DNA of 64,000 bases from Octopus vulgaris (lineage: Eukaryota): positions 48,422,001-48,486,000 of the forward strand of contig OX597836.1 of NCBI GenBank assembly GCA_951406725.2. The letters are read 5' to 3'. The notes under the pieces were generated by a model. That model saw nothing but the letters and a program-made list of their open reading frames with translations. It was not told the DNA's origin and searched no databases. A program made the position numbers and the translations under genes. Positions 23,766 to 37,568 of this stretch are shown here, one piece after another (position 1 is the stretch's first letter; each line of letters starts with the position of its first letter).

Positions 23766-24482
23766 CTGCAACAGAAAGCAAAAAAACGATCATGTAATAG
23801 ACATCAATGATTCATTGCTTCATTTGTTTAACGTCTGTTTTACCATGCTAGCATGGGTCATATGGATACTTACTTTGAGGTAGCATTTTACATCTGGATG
23901 ACCATTTGGGGGTAGATGGGGTAGTGATGGTGAAGTGGTTCTGATGATACTATTGATCTCACGATTTTATTTATACCCCAGACAGATGAAATGCAAAGTT
24001 CACTTCAGCAGGATTTGAACTCAGAATGTAGAGTTGAAAGAAAAACCACAAGGCATTTTTGCTTGATGCTCTAACACTTCTGCCAATCTAATCACAATAA
24101 TTATTGCTTCTTTAATTTGTCACAAGGACTGTGGATGAGGTGGACATTACAGGGACAAGTGACAAATATCTCTAAGGAACACCATAGATCCAGGAAGGCC
24201 TTGACCAGCAAGGCTAAGTGCCTCTCCCCCAGTTGGCCTTCTCAATGGGCCTACATTCACATGCTGAATGCAGGCCCTTTTACTAAGGTTATGCTTACTA
24301 TTTTCATAAATCTCCAAGCAATTAGCACCTCTCTCTCTTTCCTTACTTTCTTCTCCAGATTGGAAATTGAAAAAGGCAAAGAGAATTTGCCAAATGACAC
24401 CAGTTTTTCATTAATTCTTCCATCCTATTTCATAGGCCAAAAAAAAAAAAGAGGAAAACTACAGAACAACAATAATACTTAC

Positions 24483-24603
24483 TTCCTTCTTGGATGGTTG
24501 TATTCAGGTAGTCATGTGTCAAATTTTTCAGGGCCCTCTTCAGAGGTCTGCCAGCCCTATGGGGGTATAAGACTGATGTGTCAACAACACAACTGTGGAT
24601 TAG
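24483..24603 (-). CDS. REXO1: REXO1 exon
   Basis: LIHSCVVDTSVLYPHRAGRPLKRALKNLTHDYLNTTIQEG; AG/GT boundaries, 121 nt, phase 0/1. Confidence 0.95.
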
Positions 24604-24786
24604 CTGTAAAGACAAAACAATATACACATGTATATAAACACTGATATAATAGTAGTTATAAGTAGTGCCATTATATTTTATACAAGTAACAGGTTAACAG
24701 TGGGGGGTGGTGGTGACAAAAATGAACTGTGGGCGCAAAGGGCCAACAGCAGGGGACAGACAAAACAAACCAGACAATCTTCTTAC

Positions 24787-24925
24787 CTTGACGGACATTA
24801 AATCGTTCTCCAGACTGTGACCAACTAATATGGCTTGTGATGAGAAATAGTGGAGTAGAACCGCCTGGACATGAATCAGTTTGGTCGCCACACCCTTCAT
24901 ATCTTCTTCTGTGATCCCACTGAAG
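24787..24925 (-). CDS. REXO1: REXO1 exon (ExoII)
   Basis: FSGITEEDMKGVATKLIHVQAVLLHYFSSQAILVGHSLENDLMSVK; 139 nt, phase 2/0. Confidence 0.95.
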
Positions 24926-25776
24926 CTGTAAACAGATACAACAACACTGAAATAATACATGACCTTTATAAAAAAGGAAAGACATGATGATAATAATAAT
25001 TTCTAACACAGGTACAAATTCGGTGGTAGTGGTGGTGGTGGTTTAGTTAATTAAATGAAACCTAATAAAGAACTGGTATTTTTTTTATCAACATCAGAAA
25101 AATAAGGGCAAGGTCAACCATGGAAGGATTTGATCTCAGGACATAAAGAGCTATAAGGACAGATTTTGCCAATTCCTCACTGTTATAAGAATGGTTTTGT
25201 AATAGGCAGAAGGCAGCTGGAAATCTGTGATGAGCAAAGAGTTAATTAATTAAGCCAGCACATTGGTTAACTGCTGCTACATAAGTTTATTGGCAGAATA
25301 ATAATGAAAATAATTGTATAAGGTTTGAAATCTAAAGGAGAAGTTAGTGGACCATATTAACTCACCTGCCCAGATTTTAGCACCTGATTTATTTTATTGA
25401 CCTAAGGTAAATGGTAAATTTGAGATGGGCAGGTGTTGAACTCATGACCAGAAAGAAGTGTAAACAATGCAAAGTAGTTTGTTCAGTGGCAGAACCTTGA
25501 TCAAGAGAATCAACTTTCAGGGTGTCCATGGGGTTTCATTGTATCAGTGTTGGAGAGATGGACAGCAAAGTTGATTGCAGAGGGACTGGAATCATAAAAG
25601 GACATAACTAAATAGTGACTTGTAACACAGGTAGAAGGCCACAAGCATTTTGAATGAAAGATGAAAATCTTGAAGAAAAACCATGACATTGCGGTTCAGC
25701 AACCAAATCTCTTTCAAGCCTTATATTTTACTGCCTTTAAGTAGTGAGCTGAAATGAGGGACGCAACCTATCCATC

Positions 25777-26085
25777 CATCATCATCATCATCGTTTAACG
25801 CCCGCTTTCCATGCTGGCATAGGTTGGATGATTTGACTGAGGACTGGTGAACCAGATGGCTGCACCAGGCTCCAATCTGGTCTGGCAGTTTCTACAGCTG
25901 GATGCTCTTCCTAACGCCAACCACTCCGAGAGTGTAGTGGGTGCTTTTACGTGCCGCCGGCACAAGGGCCAGTCAGGCGGTACTGGCAACGGCCACAGTC
26001 AAATGGTGTTTTTTACGTGTCACCTGCACAGGAGCCAGTCCAGTGGCACTGGCAACGACCTCACTTGAATATTTTTCACGTGCCA
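25777..26085 (-). mobile_element. RTE LINE 3' tail (or RTE-tailed short element)
   Basis: Matches the 3' end of the RTE copy at 44580-45345 (GGCGTTAGGAAG.GCATCCAGC..CCATGC..GCATGGAAAGCGG) and ends in (TGA)n. Confidence 0.8.
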
Positions 26086-26199
26086 CTATATATATATATA
26101 TATGGTGGAGGGAGGGAGGGTGGGGGAGAGAGAGAGAGAGAGAGAGAGAGGGGAGAGAGACATTCAGAGTAGCAAGAAAGATGGCAGTGAACTACTCAC

Positions 26200-26315
26200 C
26201 GTGTGTTGTAATCAAGAATTTCATGGTCAGGTTTCACCAAAGTTTCATAGACAACATTACATTCTGAATCTACGACTGTCACCCGTGCAACTTCCATACC
26301 AGCTGTGGTGTAGAG
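26200..26315 (-). CDS. REXO1: REXO1 exon
   Basis: [38 protein letters not shown](R); 116 nt, phase 0/2. Confidence 0.95.
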
Positions 26316-27059
26316 CTGTAAGATGAAGGGGTATATACATCATAGGGGACGATGGCACAGCGAAAATTAGGGAAAAATAGCTCACTGTAGAATTGTTTCC
26401 TTATTATTCATTAAGCTGCATGTATATTCATAAACAGGAGAAAGATTCATGGATTTATTGCACACAAACACACACACACACACAACTGGGTGTAAAACAG
26501 ATCAATGCCGGATATATGTCACTACTACCAATGCCCAACAATGGGATATGAGCCCCAGATATTGGTACAGGGGTGGAGAATGGAGTAAGGGTGTTAATGC
26601 TTTTCCCTAAAGACCCTGTAGCAAGTGAAACTGTATCTGGGTCACAGGTTTGACCCGAATGGAGCTGACAATCTTATGCAATACACACCCTGTGTGTGTG
26701 TATAATTGTTGCTTAGCCTGAGATCAGCCTTTAATAAGGAGACCTGAGACCTATGATCAGAGGTACTCCAGCTATGACCATACTGGATTTTTGTAGGCAT
26801 AAGACATCATCATCATCATCATCGTCATTCTTTTCTCAGATTGTAGAAGTGTGATTTAACTGATATTTGTTGCTGGTGAAGGAAGCTTGTGGAGACTTCC
26901 TCAGTAGCTCATGTCTGAACACGTGCACACGAGTGTGTTTGGGCATGTATGGATGGATGTGTGTGTGTGTATGCATTGCACACATACACACCTCCATACA
27001 TGTTTATCTCCAATGAATACTTAAAACAATAAAATAAAAGGAAGGAAAAGAGAACTTAC

Positions 27060-27170
27060 CATTTCACAGTCCATGGCAAACACACCTGGACCTTCAGGAG
27101 GCATTTCTCTGTCTGGGGTGATCATGTAGCCAGAGGAACCATCGAATTTATTTTTGTGATGGACATGAGT
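27060..27170 (-). CDS. REXO1: REXO1 exon (ExoI D-x-E)
   Basis: THVHHKNKFDGSSGYMITPDREMPPEGPGVFAMDCEM; 111 nt, phase 0/0. Confidence 0.95.
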
Positions 27171-27955
27171 CTAACAAGAGAAAGAAATATGGATGTAACA
27201 GAAGAGTGAGGAAAATAAAATCATAAGGTGTTTGGGTTACCTTGGGCAAATCGCTTCTTCAACAGTCTCAGGTTGACCAAAACCTTGTGAGAGGATTTTG
27301 ATGCATGGAAACTGCGCAGAAGCCTGCAGTGTGTGTATGCTAGCGTATTTGCATATAGTTGTTCAATAAATCTAATAATGACCATCTCCATCAACTGCCA
27401 CTTTGCGACACACACACACGGTTTCCATACTGTATCTGTCTACCAAATCTTGTTCACAAGACTTTTTGTCAGGCTGTGGTAATGGTAGAAGATATCTAAG
27501 ATGTCCAACAGTGGGATAGAACCTGGAGTTAGGTAGTTATGAAGTGAAAAGACACCTGTTGTTATGTCCTGTTATTTGTATTTGTGTAACTTTCTCCGTT
27601 TTTGTCGTCCTTGTTTCCGTATACATTTGCTGCTTTCTTCCAAGGAATCTAATGCTCTTAGATTAGGTTTTTCCTTGGGGCTGGCCAGATTGGAGCAATC
27701 TCGGGTATAACCAGCCGAAATTGCAAAGATAATCTGGAACTTGACTGAGGAAAGAAAACTCCAAATGACCTGTCCTTGTTTTCTTTGTATCGTCAATCAG
27801 GATGATTGTTGTCCCTTTCTTGTATCACCTAACTGTCTCGATGTTTTGTGTTCTTGTCCCATTTTGTATTTTTATATTTATATTATATATATATATAATA
27901 TATATATACACACACACACACACACATACATATAGTGGCATATGTACACTTTGGT

Positions 27956-28012
<57 letters not shown>

Positions 28013-28319
28013 TATATATATATATACATATAATCTGTATTTGCTCATGTATAAGGCATTCCATATTTCTTATGGCAAAGATAGTACAAAACTTATAATA
28101 CAAGATATTTTGGCCACATGTGTAAATTGCATCTCTGAGTTTTATTATTGAAGTTATGCACAAGAAGTGCAACTTATACACAAATAAATAGGGTGTGTGT
28201 GTGTGTGTGCCGGCAACAATTACAGTGACAATGGTGAATTCAGAATGAAAAAAAATATCAAAAAAAAACCAACAAAGTAATGGAACAATGTGTGAAAAGT
28301 GAAAACTGAGATGACTTAC

Positions 28320-28393
28320 CCCACCCACTTCACAGCCTGTTGATCCAACCTCAGCTTGGCAGCACCTGTATCGAGTTTCAATAGTATTTCCAT
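28320..28393 (-). CDS. REXO1: REXO1 exon
   Basis: (Y)GNTIETRYRCCQAEVGSTGCEVGG; 74 nt, phase 1/0. Confidence 0.92.
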
Positions 28394-28781
28394 CTAAAAG
28401 AATAACACAACATCAATAAGTAATGAAAGGTAACTCAAGTCAAGACCGTAAACAAGTTTTTTTTTAAACAATAAATACCAGTTAAGTGGATGGTTGAATT
28501 AGTGAAGCAAACGGCTTTATATTAAGATTAATTTAATTAACAATAAACAGCCTTCTCTGGATGTGCATGGCCCTTTTATTGTTATTGCTATCAAAGTGGT
28601 AAGTGGCAGAACCCTTTCAAGCAGTTCTCTGGTTTGAGGACATCTGTCTCCTCCCAGCTACTGTCACCTTGTACCCTAACCCAGATAGTGTCACCTTGTC
28701 TCCCAGCAAATGTTGACCTGTCCATACTAGAAATGAGCCACAAATAGAAGAATCATAGGCAGAAACCGATCAGATACTCAC

Positions 28782-28895
28782 ATCGTCTTCGAACAGGTTT
28801 TGCCCAATGGTAAAGACACTCGTCTTCCACAGCTGCTCTTCCGCTGCTTGTAACTCGGTATGTTTTTCCACAGCGGCAACAAAACCTCTCATCGC
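28782..28895 (-). CDS. REXO1: REXO1 exon (Cys/His-rich region)
   Basis: (S)DERFCCRCGKTYRVTSSGRAAVEDECLYHWAKPVRRR; 114 nt, phase 1/1. Confidence 0.93.
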
Positions 28896-29269
28896 CTGCA
28901 ACAATAACAACAACAACATTATAAATCAGCAAAATTGAGGCTCATTTAAGCACACGAGAATCACAGAACTGCTGCTATACAGGCAATTTATGCAATTACA
29001 AGCCAAAGATAGAGCCGTGGCCTGCGAAAACTAGCAGACAGCTCTCAGATCACATCTTGACGTCTTAAAATGGGAAAGTCACATTGGATGATGTAGTGCT
29101 AGACAAACAAAATGATGGGATGGTCACGGATAGAATATCTTTGATCATAAGGAGCTAAACAATGACTGTAACTCAAGACAAAATGCCTCCATCGGCTTGT
29201 GTCTGATGTTGGCAAATTGCTTGGCTGGAAATAGTAGTTAAATCTCCCTCAAACTATACATTCCAACAG

Positions 29270-29307
<38 letters not shown>

Positions 29308-29424
29308 GGTAATGTAGTCTTAGATATGCAATGCTAACAAAAAGATAAATGGGTTGGTCATAGCTGGAGTAGCTTTGATCATGGGTTTGCTCTATCTGGG
29401 ATGAAATGGAACTAAACAACAAAA

Positions 29425-29715
29425 GACATAGGTAGGCTTCCTATCTTCCGTATCAGCTGTAACCTATGAAGGGTAGGAGAGTCCAGTTTGCTGAACATTG
29501 TTGTAGAGCTGAAAAAGAGGTAATTTCTACTCTTCTCCCCTGGAAGCCATCTACTCGCAATACCAGAGGGTGCACACTCTCCTACCCTGATGTAATCTCC
29601 GGGGATACAGGCATCCAGCAACAGGACCTCCGTAATGCCATGATGGACCGTGAAGTCTGGCGTAGCATGGTAAATTCCATTGTCTTGACCACGGTCGAAC
29701 AATGATGAGTGATGC
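29425..29715 (+). mobile_element. 5'-truncated RTE-like LINE 3' end (different family from 6690-8080)
   Basis: RRVQFAEHCCRAEKEVISTLLPWKP...DLRNAMMDREVWRSMV...* followed by a (TGA)n tail. Confidence 0.8.
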
Positions 29716-30033
29716 TAGCAACTCATATGGTTGCCTGACACAGAAAACCTTAGAATAATGAACTCCACCACGTAACGTGTTCTGACTCCTCAATAAATGC
29801 AAAATATGGCAATATAATAGACTATATGCACACACACACAAATATATACCTATACGCACGTGCACCTGTGTGTGTGTGTGTTTATTCCTGCTACTGTGCT
29901 TAACGGCTGGTGTTGGTTTGCTTATGTCCGCTTAGATTAGCGATTCAGTAAAAAGGAACAGATTGATAGAATCATTGGCAGGCTCCTAAATGGGAGCCAG
30001 GTACAAGTAAAAAGATAAAAAGCCAATACTAAC

Positions 30034-30171
30034 TGGGCAGGTAAGGTTCTTTGGTGACATCTGATATATAATATTTGGAACGTCCCAATCCTTCGGGTCG
30101 TGGAAAGTGGTTCTCTCTTAACTCCTCCTCCGTCAAAATATACTGTTTTACTCTTTCGTAAAGGGCAACAC
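30034..30171 (-). CDS. REXO1: REXO1 exon
   Basis: (G)VALYERVKQYILTEEELRENHFPRPEGLGRSKYYISDVTKEPYLP; 138 nt, phase 1/1. Matches the REXO1 LY..L..Y.LT..QL.ENGYP motif. Confidence 0.92.
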
Positions 30172-31497
30172 CTGAAGGAAAACATAAGAAAAAGAAAAAA
30201 AAAAAAAAAGAAAAGAAAAATCATTTCAAGATTAAAACAACAACAGTTCTTTCTTCTATAGGCACGGACTGAAATTTGAGGGGAGGAGGAGAAGTTGATT
30301 ACATCAACCCCCAATTCTTAACGGGTACTTATTTTATTGGCTCAGAAAGAATGAAAGACAAATTCAACATCAATGGGACTCTCAAAGAGTCTGAAGAAAT
30401 CCTGCAAAGCAGTTTGTCTAATTAGCCAACAATTCTACCAGTTTGTTGCCTTCTGGAATTTTGGCACAAGCAGTTGTGTGTGTGTGTGTGTGGGGGGGGG
30501 GGGAGGGTCAGTCAATTAAGTCAACTCAAGGGTTCAACTGGTCCTTATTTTATCAATTTCAAAAGGATGACAGGCAAAGTCAACCCCAGCAGAATTTGAA
30601 CTCAGAACGTAAAGTCGGAAGAAATGAAACCAAGCAATTTGCCAAGTGATAATGGATTCTGCCAGTTGACTGTCTAATAAGGATAATAATAATAATAATA
30701 ATCCTTTCTTCTATAGGCAAAAGGGTTGGAATCTTGGAGGAGGGAGCTAGTTGATCATGCTGACAATAGTGCTGGACAGGTCCTTATTCCCCCAGAGGAT
30801 GGAAGACAAAGTCAACCTTTGGCAGAAGTTGAACTCAGAACGTAAAAGACAGAAGAAATGCTGCCAAGCATTTGGTCGGATATGCTAATGATTTGGCTGA
30901 CCCTGCAGGGATGAAAGGCAAAGTTAACCTTGGTCAGAATTAACTCAGAATGGAAGAAATACTACTACAAGATATTAAGACAGGATCCTCTACCTTATTT
31001 GCAAGAAACAACAGCCAAAGCTTCCTCAAACCACACTCTTTTCCATAACACAATGTCATTTATCATTTCTGACATTAAGATAAGCTGGACATGGCTGTGG
31101 TGTCTTTGAGGATTGAAGCTGATTTAGGACTAAACAAAAACAAACTGCCACAAGTTTTCATTTTTATTGATAATCAATTCAAATATCAATTTTTAGTTTT
31201 ACAAATGTTTTCCAAACTGACTTTCATTGTTGATTTCTCTAAAAAGAAATACAAAAAACACAACTTCCCAGCTTTGTTTGTTTTGTTGTTTTTTCCTCAT
31301 TGATTTTCTTATCGTCTTCATCATTGCCAGAGTCATCTTCATTATTTGACATTGTCTTGTTAAATGATGTTACCTCGTCTAATCCCATTCAGAGACACGT
31401 CACACTCAACCTCGTTATCATCTCCCACCACTCCCCTCCCCTTCCACCTGCCTTCAGGAGTGCCACCTGTCACTCCAGCTTTATGCAGCTCTATGAG

Positions 31498-31549
<52 letters not shown>

Positions 31550-32018
31550 ATTCACCACCAACACCACCTCCATCGTTTTCATCTGATCCTCACAAATGAT
31601 GATGGGAGTAGTGGGATGAGGTTAAGGTGATGAGAGACCCAGTGTTAAATAATAATTGCTGATGACGAACCAATAATGGAGATGACGAAGATAAACACAC
31701 AGGACAATCAAGATGAAAAGAGTAAAGAACAGATGGGAAGGTTTCCTTTTCTGGTGAAATTGGCAAATCAAGTCACCTGAGAAGACATTTTTAAAATTAA
31801 AGATTTGAAATGAATATCAATAAAAATTAAAACTTCAAAATTCAATTAAATTTGAAACTAAAATTCAGTCTCAGTCAGAACAAAATTGAGACTGTAATAC
31901 ATCTCTTTGTAGATCTGTTGAGGCTCACTTGTAGTTTAAACAACAAAATACATATAACTGATTCTGGAAGTTTAAAAAAGATGAAGCTAAAAAAGTTAGG
32001 GGTGCAACCTTCACTCAC

Positions 32019-32205
32019 CTGTGAGTTGATGTTCTAATTTCTTTGTCTCTTTGCAAGGTGCTGGTGGCGGGTTAGTGGATGGCAGCAGCTTCTTGAGTGT
32101 GCCAAGACAGCCACTGCGCAACCGTTTGATGAGGTGAATGGCTTTGTTTAAATAACCAACTTTGGTATTGCAGCTACGATAAACATCTTTCTCTTCTTCT
32201 TCTCC
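32019..32205 (-). CDS. REXO1: REXO1 exon (Elongin-A binding region)
   Basis: GEEEEKDVYRSCNTKVGYLNKAIHLIKRLRSGCLG...KLEHQLT; 187 nt, phase 0/1. Confidence 0.9.
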
Positions 32206-32947
32206 CTAACACAACAAACAAATAACAAAACAAATTCAGAACTTTGGGAGTGACTGAAGATGAGGGGAGACAGGAGAAAATTCAAGGGTCCACGTCAACC
32301 TTTTTTGTGTAGGCCCATCACTGATATTTTGCTGCGCCAAGTCCCTGACGAAAGTAACTTTATCTAACAGAACCAACACGAGCCAGGATCATGCCTCCTC
32401 CTCTTCTGCTTCAAGTAGACGACTTACTGTATTTGATGCCATAACACAGGCACATGGGTAGACTAGGCACAACCCAATTTCATCAGCACATATCCAACAA
32501 AAACAATTTTTTTATGCATTAAAACTTATGAAAGGCCCAACTCTGCATACCGGATCCAGGGTGGTTTTTGGAGACTGTTTTTTTGGGGAAGAGGGGATAA
32601 GTGTATCTTATATGCCATAAAATATGGTTTGTCTTTACTCTTTAGCTTGATAAAAAAAGACAGCTGTTGTAGTTAGATGGTGAGTTCATGCAACTCACCA
32701 TCTTGTGATCAATTAACTAGTCTGGTATCATAATCTGACAGCCATGTGGTAGAGTGATGCAAAGAGGCTGGATTACAACTTGACCATAAGTGGGGGGGGT
32801 ATCATATGCTGAAATTTTTCTCACAGAAGATATTGTGTCATGTCACTGGAGGAGGGGGGTGAAGACAGAGATGTGTGTGTGTGTGTGTGTGGGTGGGTGG
32901 GTGGGGGGGGTGGGGGTGAAAATGGCGCAAGAGACCAAAGAACTCAC

Positions 32948-33082
32948 CTTTTTCATGGCTTCCCATTCTGAATCAATGAGTTTCACATACTCATCAATGA
33001 TCAGATTCAGATAACGCTGCCTGATGGCCACTGGAACTTTACTGCTGGAATCTGGTGTGATGGTTGGTCTCTTGAGCACCTC
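32948..33082 (-). CDS. REXO1: REXO1 exon (Elongin-A binding region)
   Basis: EVLKRPTITPDSSSKVPVAIRQRYLNLIIDEYVKLIDSEWEAMKK; 135 nt, phase 0/0. Contains the KVP..IRQRYLNL signature. Confidence 0.95.
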
Positions 33083-33639
33083 CTGTGAAAACACAACAAT
33101 TACAAAATCATATGAAGTCACATTTCAATAACACCCCCACCCACTGCCATCTCCACCATTTGACATCCGCTTTTTCCTACTTGTATGAATCAGACGAGAC
33201 TTGTTGAGGCAGATTTTCTACAGCCAGATGTTTCCCTTTGCTGTTGCCAAACCAAGCAAAGGTAATATTTCCCCTCCACGGCCAGACATGTTTCTCATGG
33301 AAAAACTGAGAAGCAAATAATATTAACTGCATACAAAGGCGATGCTTATTTACACCCGTCTCATGATGTCAAGACACGGCTATCTACAAACACACACACA
33401 CACACTATGATACTCAGTTCATCCCAAGCATGGTCAGAAACCTGCTTTCCAGCCTCATGGTTTGGAGTTCAGGCTCACTGTGTGGTACTTTAGGCAAGTG
33501 TCTTCTATTATTGCCTCAGGCCAACCAAAGCCTTGTGAGTGGATTTGGTAGACAGAAACTGAAAGAAGCCCATCGTATATATTCTTTTATATGTTTCAGT
33601 CCAATGACTGGCCATGCTGGAGCACCGCCATTGTGATCA

Positions 33640-33880
33640 TCTTTCCATTTTCCACCTTTGTCGGAGCAGCTTTTGGTGAAGGATGGAGTTCGATGCTACT
33701 GCCCTCTTTTGCGTTTCTTGCTTAGATATTGGCTCATCTGGGATCTTGGTGAGCCAGAGGTCAAGTTCACGTTTGAAAACATCTATATCCACTCCATGGA
33801 GGCTCCTCAGATGCTTCGGCAGACAGTTAAACAGCTGTGGACCCTTGAAACCCAAGCTATTGCAGTACATCGTCCTTGCA
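33640..33880 (-). mobile_element. CR1/L2-group LINE ORF2 3' end
   Basis: YCNSLGFKGPQLFNCLPKHLRSLHGVDIDVFKRELDLWLTKIPDEP...SNSILHQ. Confidence 0.8.
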
Positions 33881-33884
33881 CATA

Positions 33885-34115
33885 AAAGCACCATCAGATC
33901 GTGGTCGATGCCAGCTCCCTCTGGCCCCTGTGCTGGTGGCACGTAAAAAGCACTCACTACACTCGTGGAGTGGTTGGCGTTAGGAAGGGCATCCAGCTGT
34001 AGAAACACTGCCAGATCAGACTGGAGCCTGGTGCAGTCTCCTGGCTTCCCAGACCCCAGTTGAACCATCCAACCCATGCCAGCATGGAAAACAGATGTTA
34101 AACAATGATGATGAT
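33885..34115 (+). mobile_element. RTE 3' tail copy
   Basis: GGTTGGCGTTAGGAAGGGCATCCAGCTGTAGAAAC..CCATGCCAGCATGGAAA..(TGA)n. Confidence 0.8.
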
Positions 34116-34116
34116 A

Positions 34117-34163
<47 letters not shown>

Positions 34164-34322
34164 ATCCAAAAAATGGAGAAAAAGACAAGAAGAAATGTGA
34201 GGATGTAGCACATGCAAAGTATTAAAAAGACACTCAGAGAAAGAAAAGAGTGGTTTTACATTTTGAGCATGGCTCTTCTTCGGAAACAGGAAACATAGGA
34301 AAATCCAAAAGATATATATATA

Positions 34323-34359
<37 letters not shown>

Positions 34360-37300
34360 TATGTTGGTGTTTGCCACCACTCCTGACAATCAGTCCTGGT
34401 ATGTTTACACCACCATGACTTAGTGGTTCAGTAAAAGAGATTGACAAAATAAGTACCAGACTTTAAAAAAAAAAAGTACTAGGTTTGAGTTGTTTGACTG
34501 AGAATTCTTCATGGTGGTGCTCCAGCATGGCCATAGTCAGACTGAAACAAAGATAAGATAAGAAAACAAAACAAAATAAAACACAGACAGAAGTCAATGA
34601 ACTCTGAAAAGAATTCTTGGAGGAGGGGGGGGAGTGAAGTTGACACCCACCTGCCCCACCCCACTCCTCGCCTAGTAGTTTCGGTCATTGACCTCAGCAA
34701 GATTTCAATTTAAAGAAATTTAAAGAAACACAATAAACACTGCAAGGAATTTTTACCAATGCTGTAATAATTATGCCAATGCCCTCCCCTCAACATAATC
34801 TAAGATTAATAACAACGACTCTCTCTAACTTTAGCTCAAGGCCATTTGGTGACAAGTTATGCATAGTTAAAGGAAAGAATTATTATTTTACCAACCCCAG
34901 AAGGAGGAGGAGGAGAAGGAAAGGGCGAAGCTGACCCGAGCTGGAATTGAACTTAGAACATAAACAGGCACAACTGAATATCACAAAGCAGTATATCCAA
35001 CACTTTTTCCAATTCCTCAACCACCACCACCACCATCACCACCGCCGCTGCCACTAAGCACAAGGCCTGGGATTTTGTGGGGCACAGTGCCAGTCAATTA
35101 CATTGACCCCCAGCGTTCAGCTGGTACTTATTGTACTGACCCTGAAAGAATGAAAGGCAAACTAGACTATGATGGAACTAAACCCACAATGTAAAAATGG
35201 GTGAACTGCTGATAAGCATTTTCTCCACCATGCTAACAATTCTGACTCAATAATAATAATAATAATCTTTCATTTCTAACACAGACACAGAGCCAGAAAT
35301 TTGGAGTATGTGTGTGGGTTAATCGATTAAATCAAACCCCAACACATGACTGGTACTTTGCTGACTCAGAAGATGATAAATGACAAATCAATAAGAGTCC
35401 CTATACGGTCAGTCAGCTTGCTAGAAATAGCAGCCAAATCTCCCTTGAAATCACACCCACCACTGTCTTAAAATAGGGAAGGACACGTTTAACAGCCCCT
35501 AAAATGATGGGATGGTCATGGCTGGAAACCAACAGCTAAACACTAACAAAACTAGCGATTCTTTACACTGGCAAGAGGCCACAAATTCAAGGCAAAGGAG
35601 TGGGTGGGGTGGTGAGATATATTTTTAACAAGCTGAGTATTATTTACTGAATCTCTTTGATAAACAGATTACTACGGCATGGTTAGAACTCAGAATGTAA
35701 ATAAAGAGTTGTAACTAAATATTACACGGCATTTAGGGCAGTCGGTTCAATGCTCTACCAACTCTTGCTACCTGACAACTTAACAAAAAACAACAATAAT
35801 AAGCGAGCACCAGTGATTTCGCTTGCGTGGGCAGAAGGCCAACATTTTGAGAAGGTAAGGAGGTACACGCCTGATTGAATGGCAGCCAATGTATTACTGG
35901 TGCTTAATATATTTCCTTTCTCAAACCAGAGAGAGATGAACCAGTCTAATTAGAACTTTTACAATTGCAAGGTGTCACACTCAGATAACGAGGACAAAAT
36001 AAATTATAATAATAATTTCTTCAGTTCTCTGCAGTTTGTGCCAAAACTTCCTATAAATAATACTAATAATAATAATGGCTTTTCACATTGGCACAAGGCC
36101 ACAGTTTGTTGAGGAGAAAATATAATTGAAGTTATTCTCAATACATAACTGGTATCAAACAACAATCACAACAACAATAATAACAACAACAGTGATTTAT
36201 TTTTTTCACTTTGGCACAATGCCAAGCTGGTACTTCTTTCATTGACTAAGAGCTTCTTTGAGAAAAGGCCAAGTTTATATGAAGCACTGCTTCCATATCT
36301 AAGAGATGGTCTTAACTGCCTGCTGGCTACCGACACACAAACATCCTCAGGCCACATTAACAACAACAACAAGCCCATCTGGCCAGCTAGCAAAGGCTCC
36401 TTCACCACAAGCACAATCTCAATCAGCAAATTCTACCCCCCAGTTATAACCCCTTCTCTCAACCAGACACATCCATAACATGACACATTTCACACCCACT
36501 TCTTGCCCCTCCCAATGTTTTCTAGTGCTGTTTACCCCCTCCCCTTCCTCACACTACCACCGTATCCATTCCACCCAGTTTTAAGCCAGACATTCATTCA
36601 CCAATGTTCAACAAACAACATCACCAGCGATGGAGGAGGCAAACCAACTTCACCATTGGCACTGCTCCTTCTCTTCACTAAACCTTATTCTATCTTTCAT
36701 CTCGTTTCAATCAATGGACTGTTGCCATGCTGGGGCACTGCCTTGAAGGACTGAACCCGAAACCTCAGGGTTGCAAAGTTAGTTTCTTAACCACACTGCC
36801 ATGCTTATTATGGGGATTGAAATGTGCCCCCCCAAGACATGAATGAAAGAAATGAGAGCAGGAATACATACACGAAAAGCCCACATAGGGGACAGAAATA
36901 CAAGGAGTTGTTGTTTAGGCTTAGGTTGACTGTGACTGATGAGAGCTATGCACAAAAGGGAGCCGGCCATGACCACCCCCGTCTGCCATGTAACCATAAT
37001 CACTTTATTCAATGTGGTCTTAAATACCTCTTTTTTCTTTTTTTAAGATGGGAGAATGTGACGCAAGAGAAATTTAGCTGCTATTTCTAGCAAGGCTCTA
37101 TTGCCGGTTCAGTTAAAACAGATAAAGAGTGAAGAGTGGATACAGAGCTAAATAGAGAGGGATTAGGACGCAAAGACGGGGGTTAAGGAAACGCAGGGGC
37201 CGAGTATAGGGTCAACAACAAAGACAGACATAAAGCACACATAAGGGGTAAACAATAGGAAGCAAAGAGTACAGAGATATGGTGGTGATGGTGGGTGGGT

Positions 37301-37568
37301 GGAGTATAAAGGAGTACATACTAGTATAGGAGGAAACATCTTGTGGAAATGAACACAAGTACACAGAAGATGAAGACTAAACAAAGGACAACTGAGTGAA
37401 GGGCCATGAATGGGGTTAGGGTACACACCCCAACACAGGTTAGGAATCAATGGTGACAGCATACAAAATACAATAATCCACCACTGTAAACAGTTGGGAA
37501 AGCATGAAGAAATATGTAAATAAACATACAAAAAAAAAGAAAGAAAAAACTTCAACACAAGCACAATG

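Noticed and set aside
33637-34188. 183-aa ORF
   Set aside because: Chimeric read-through of a microsatellite, an antisense RTE tail and a CR1-like 3' end.
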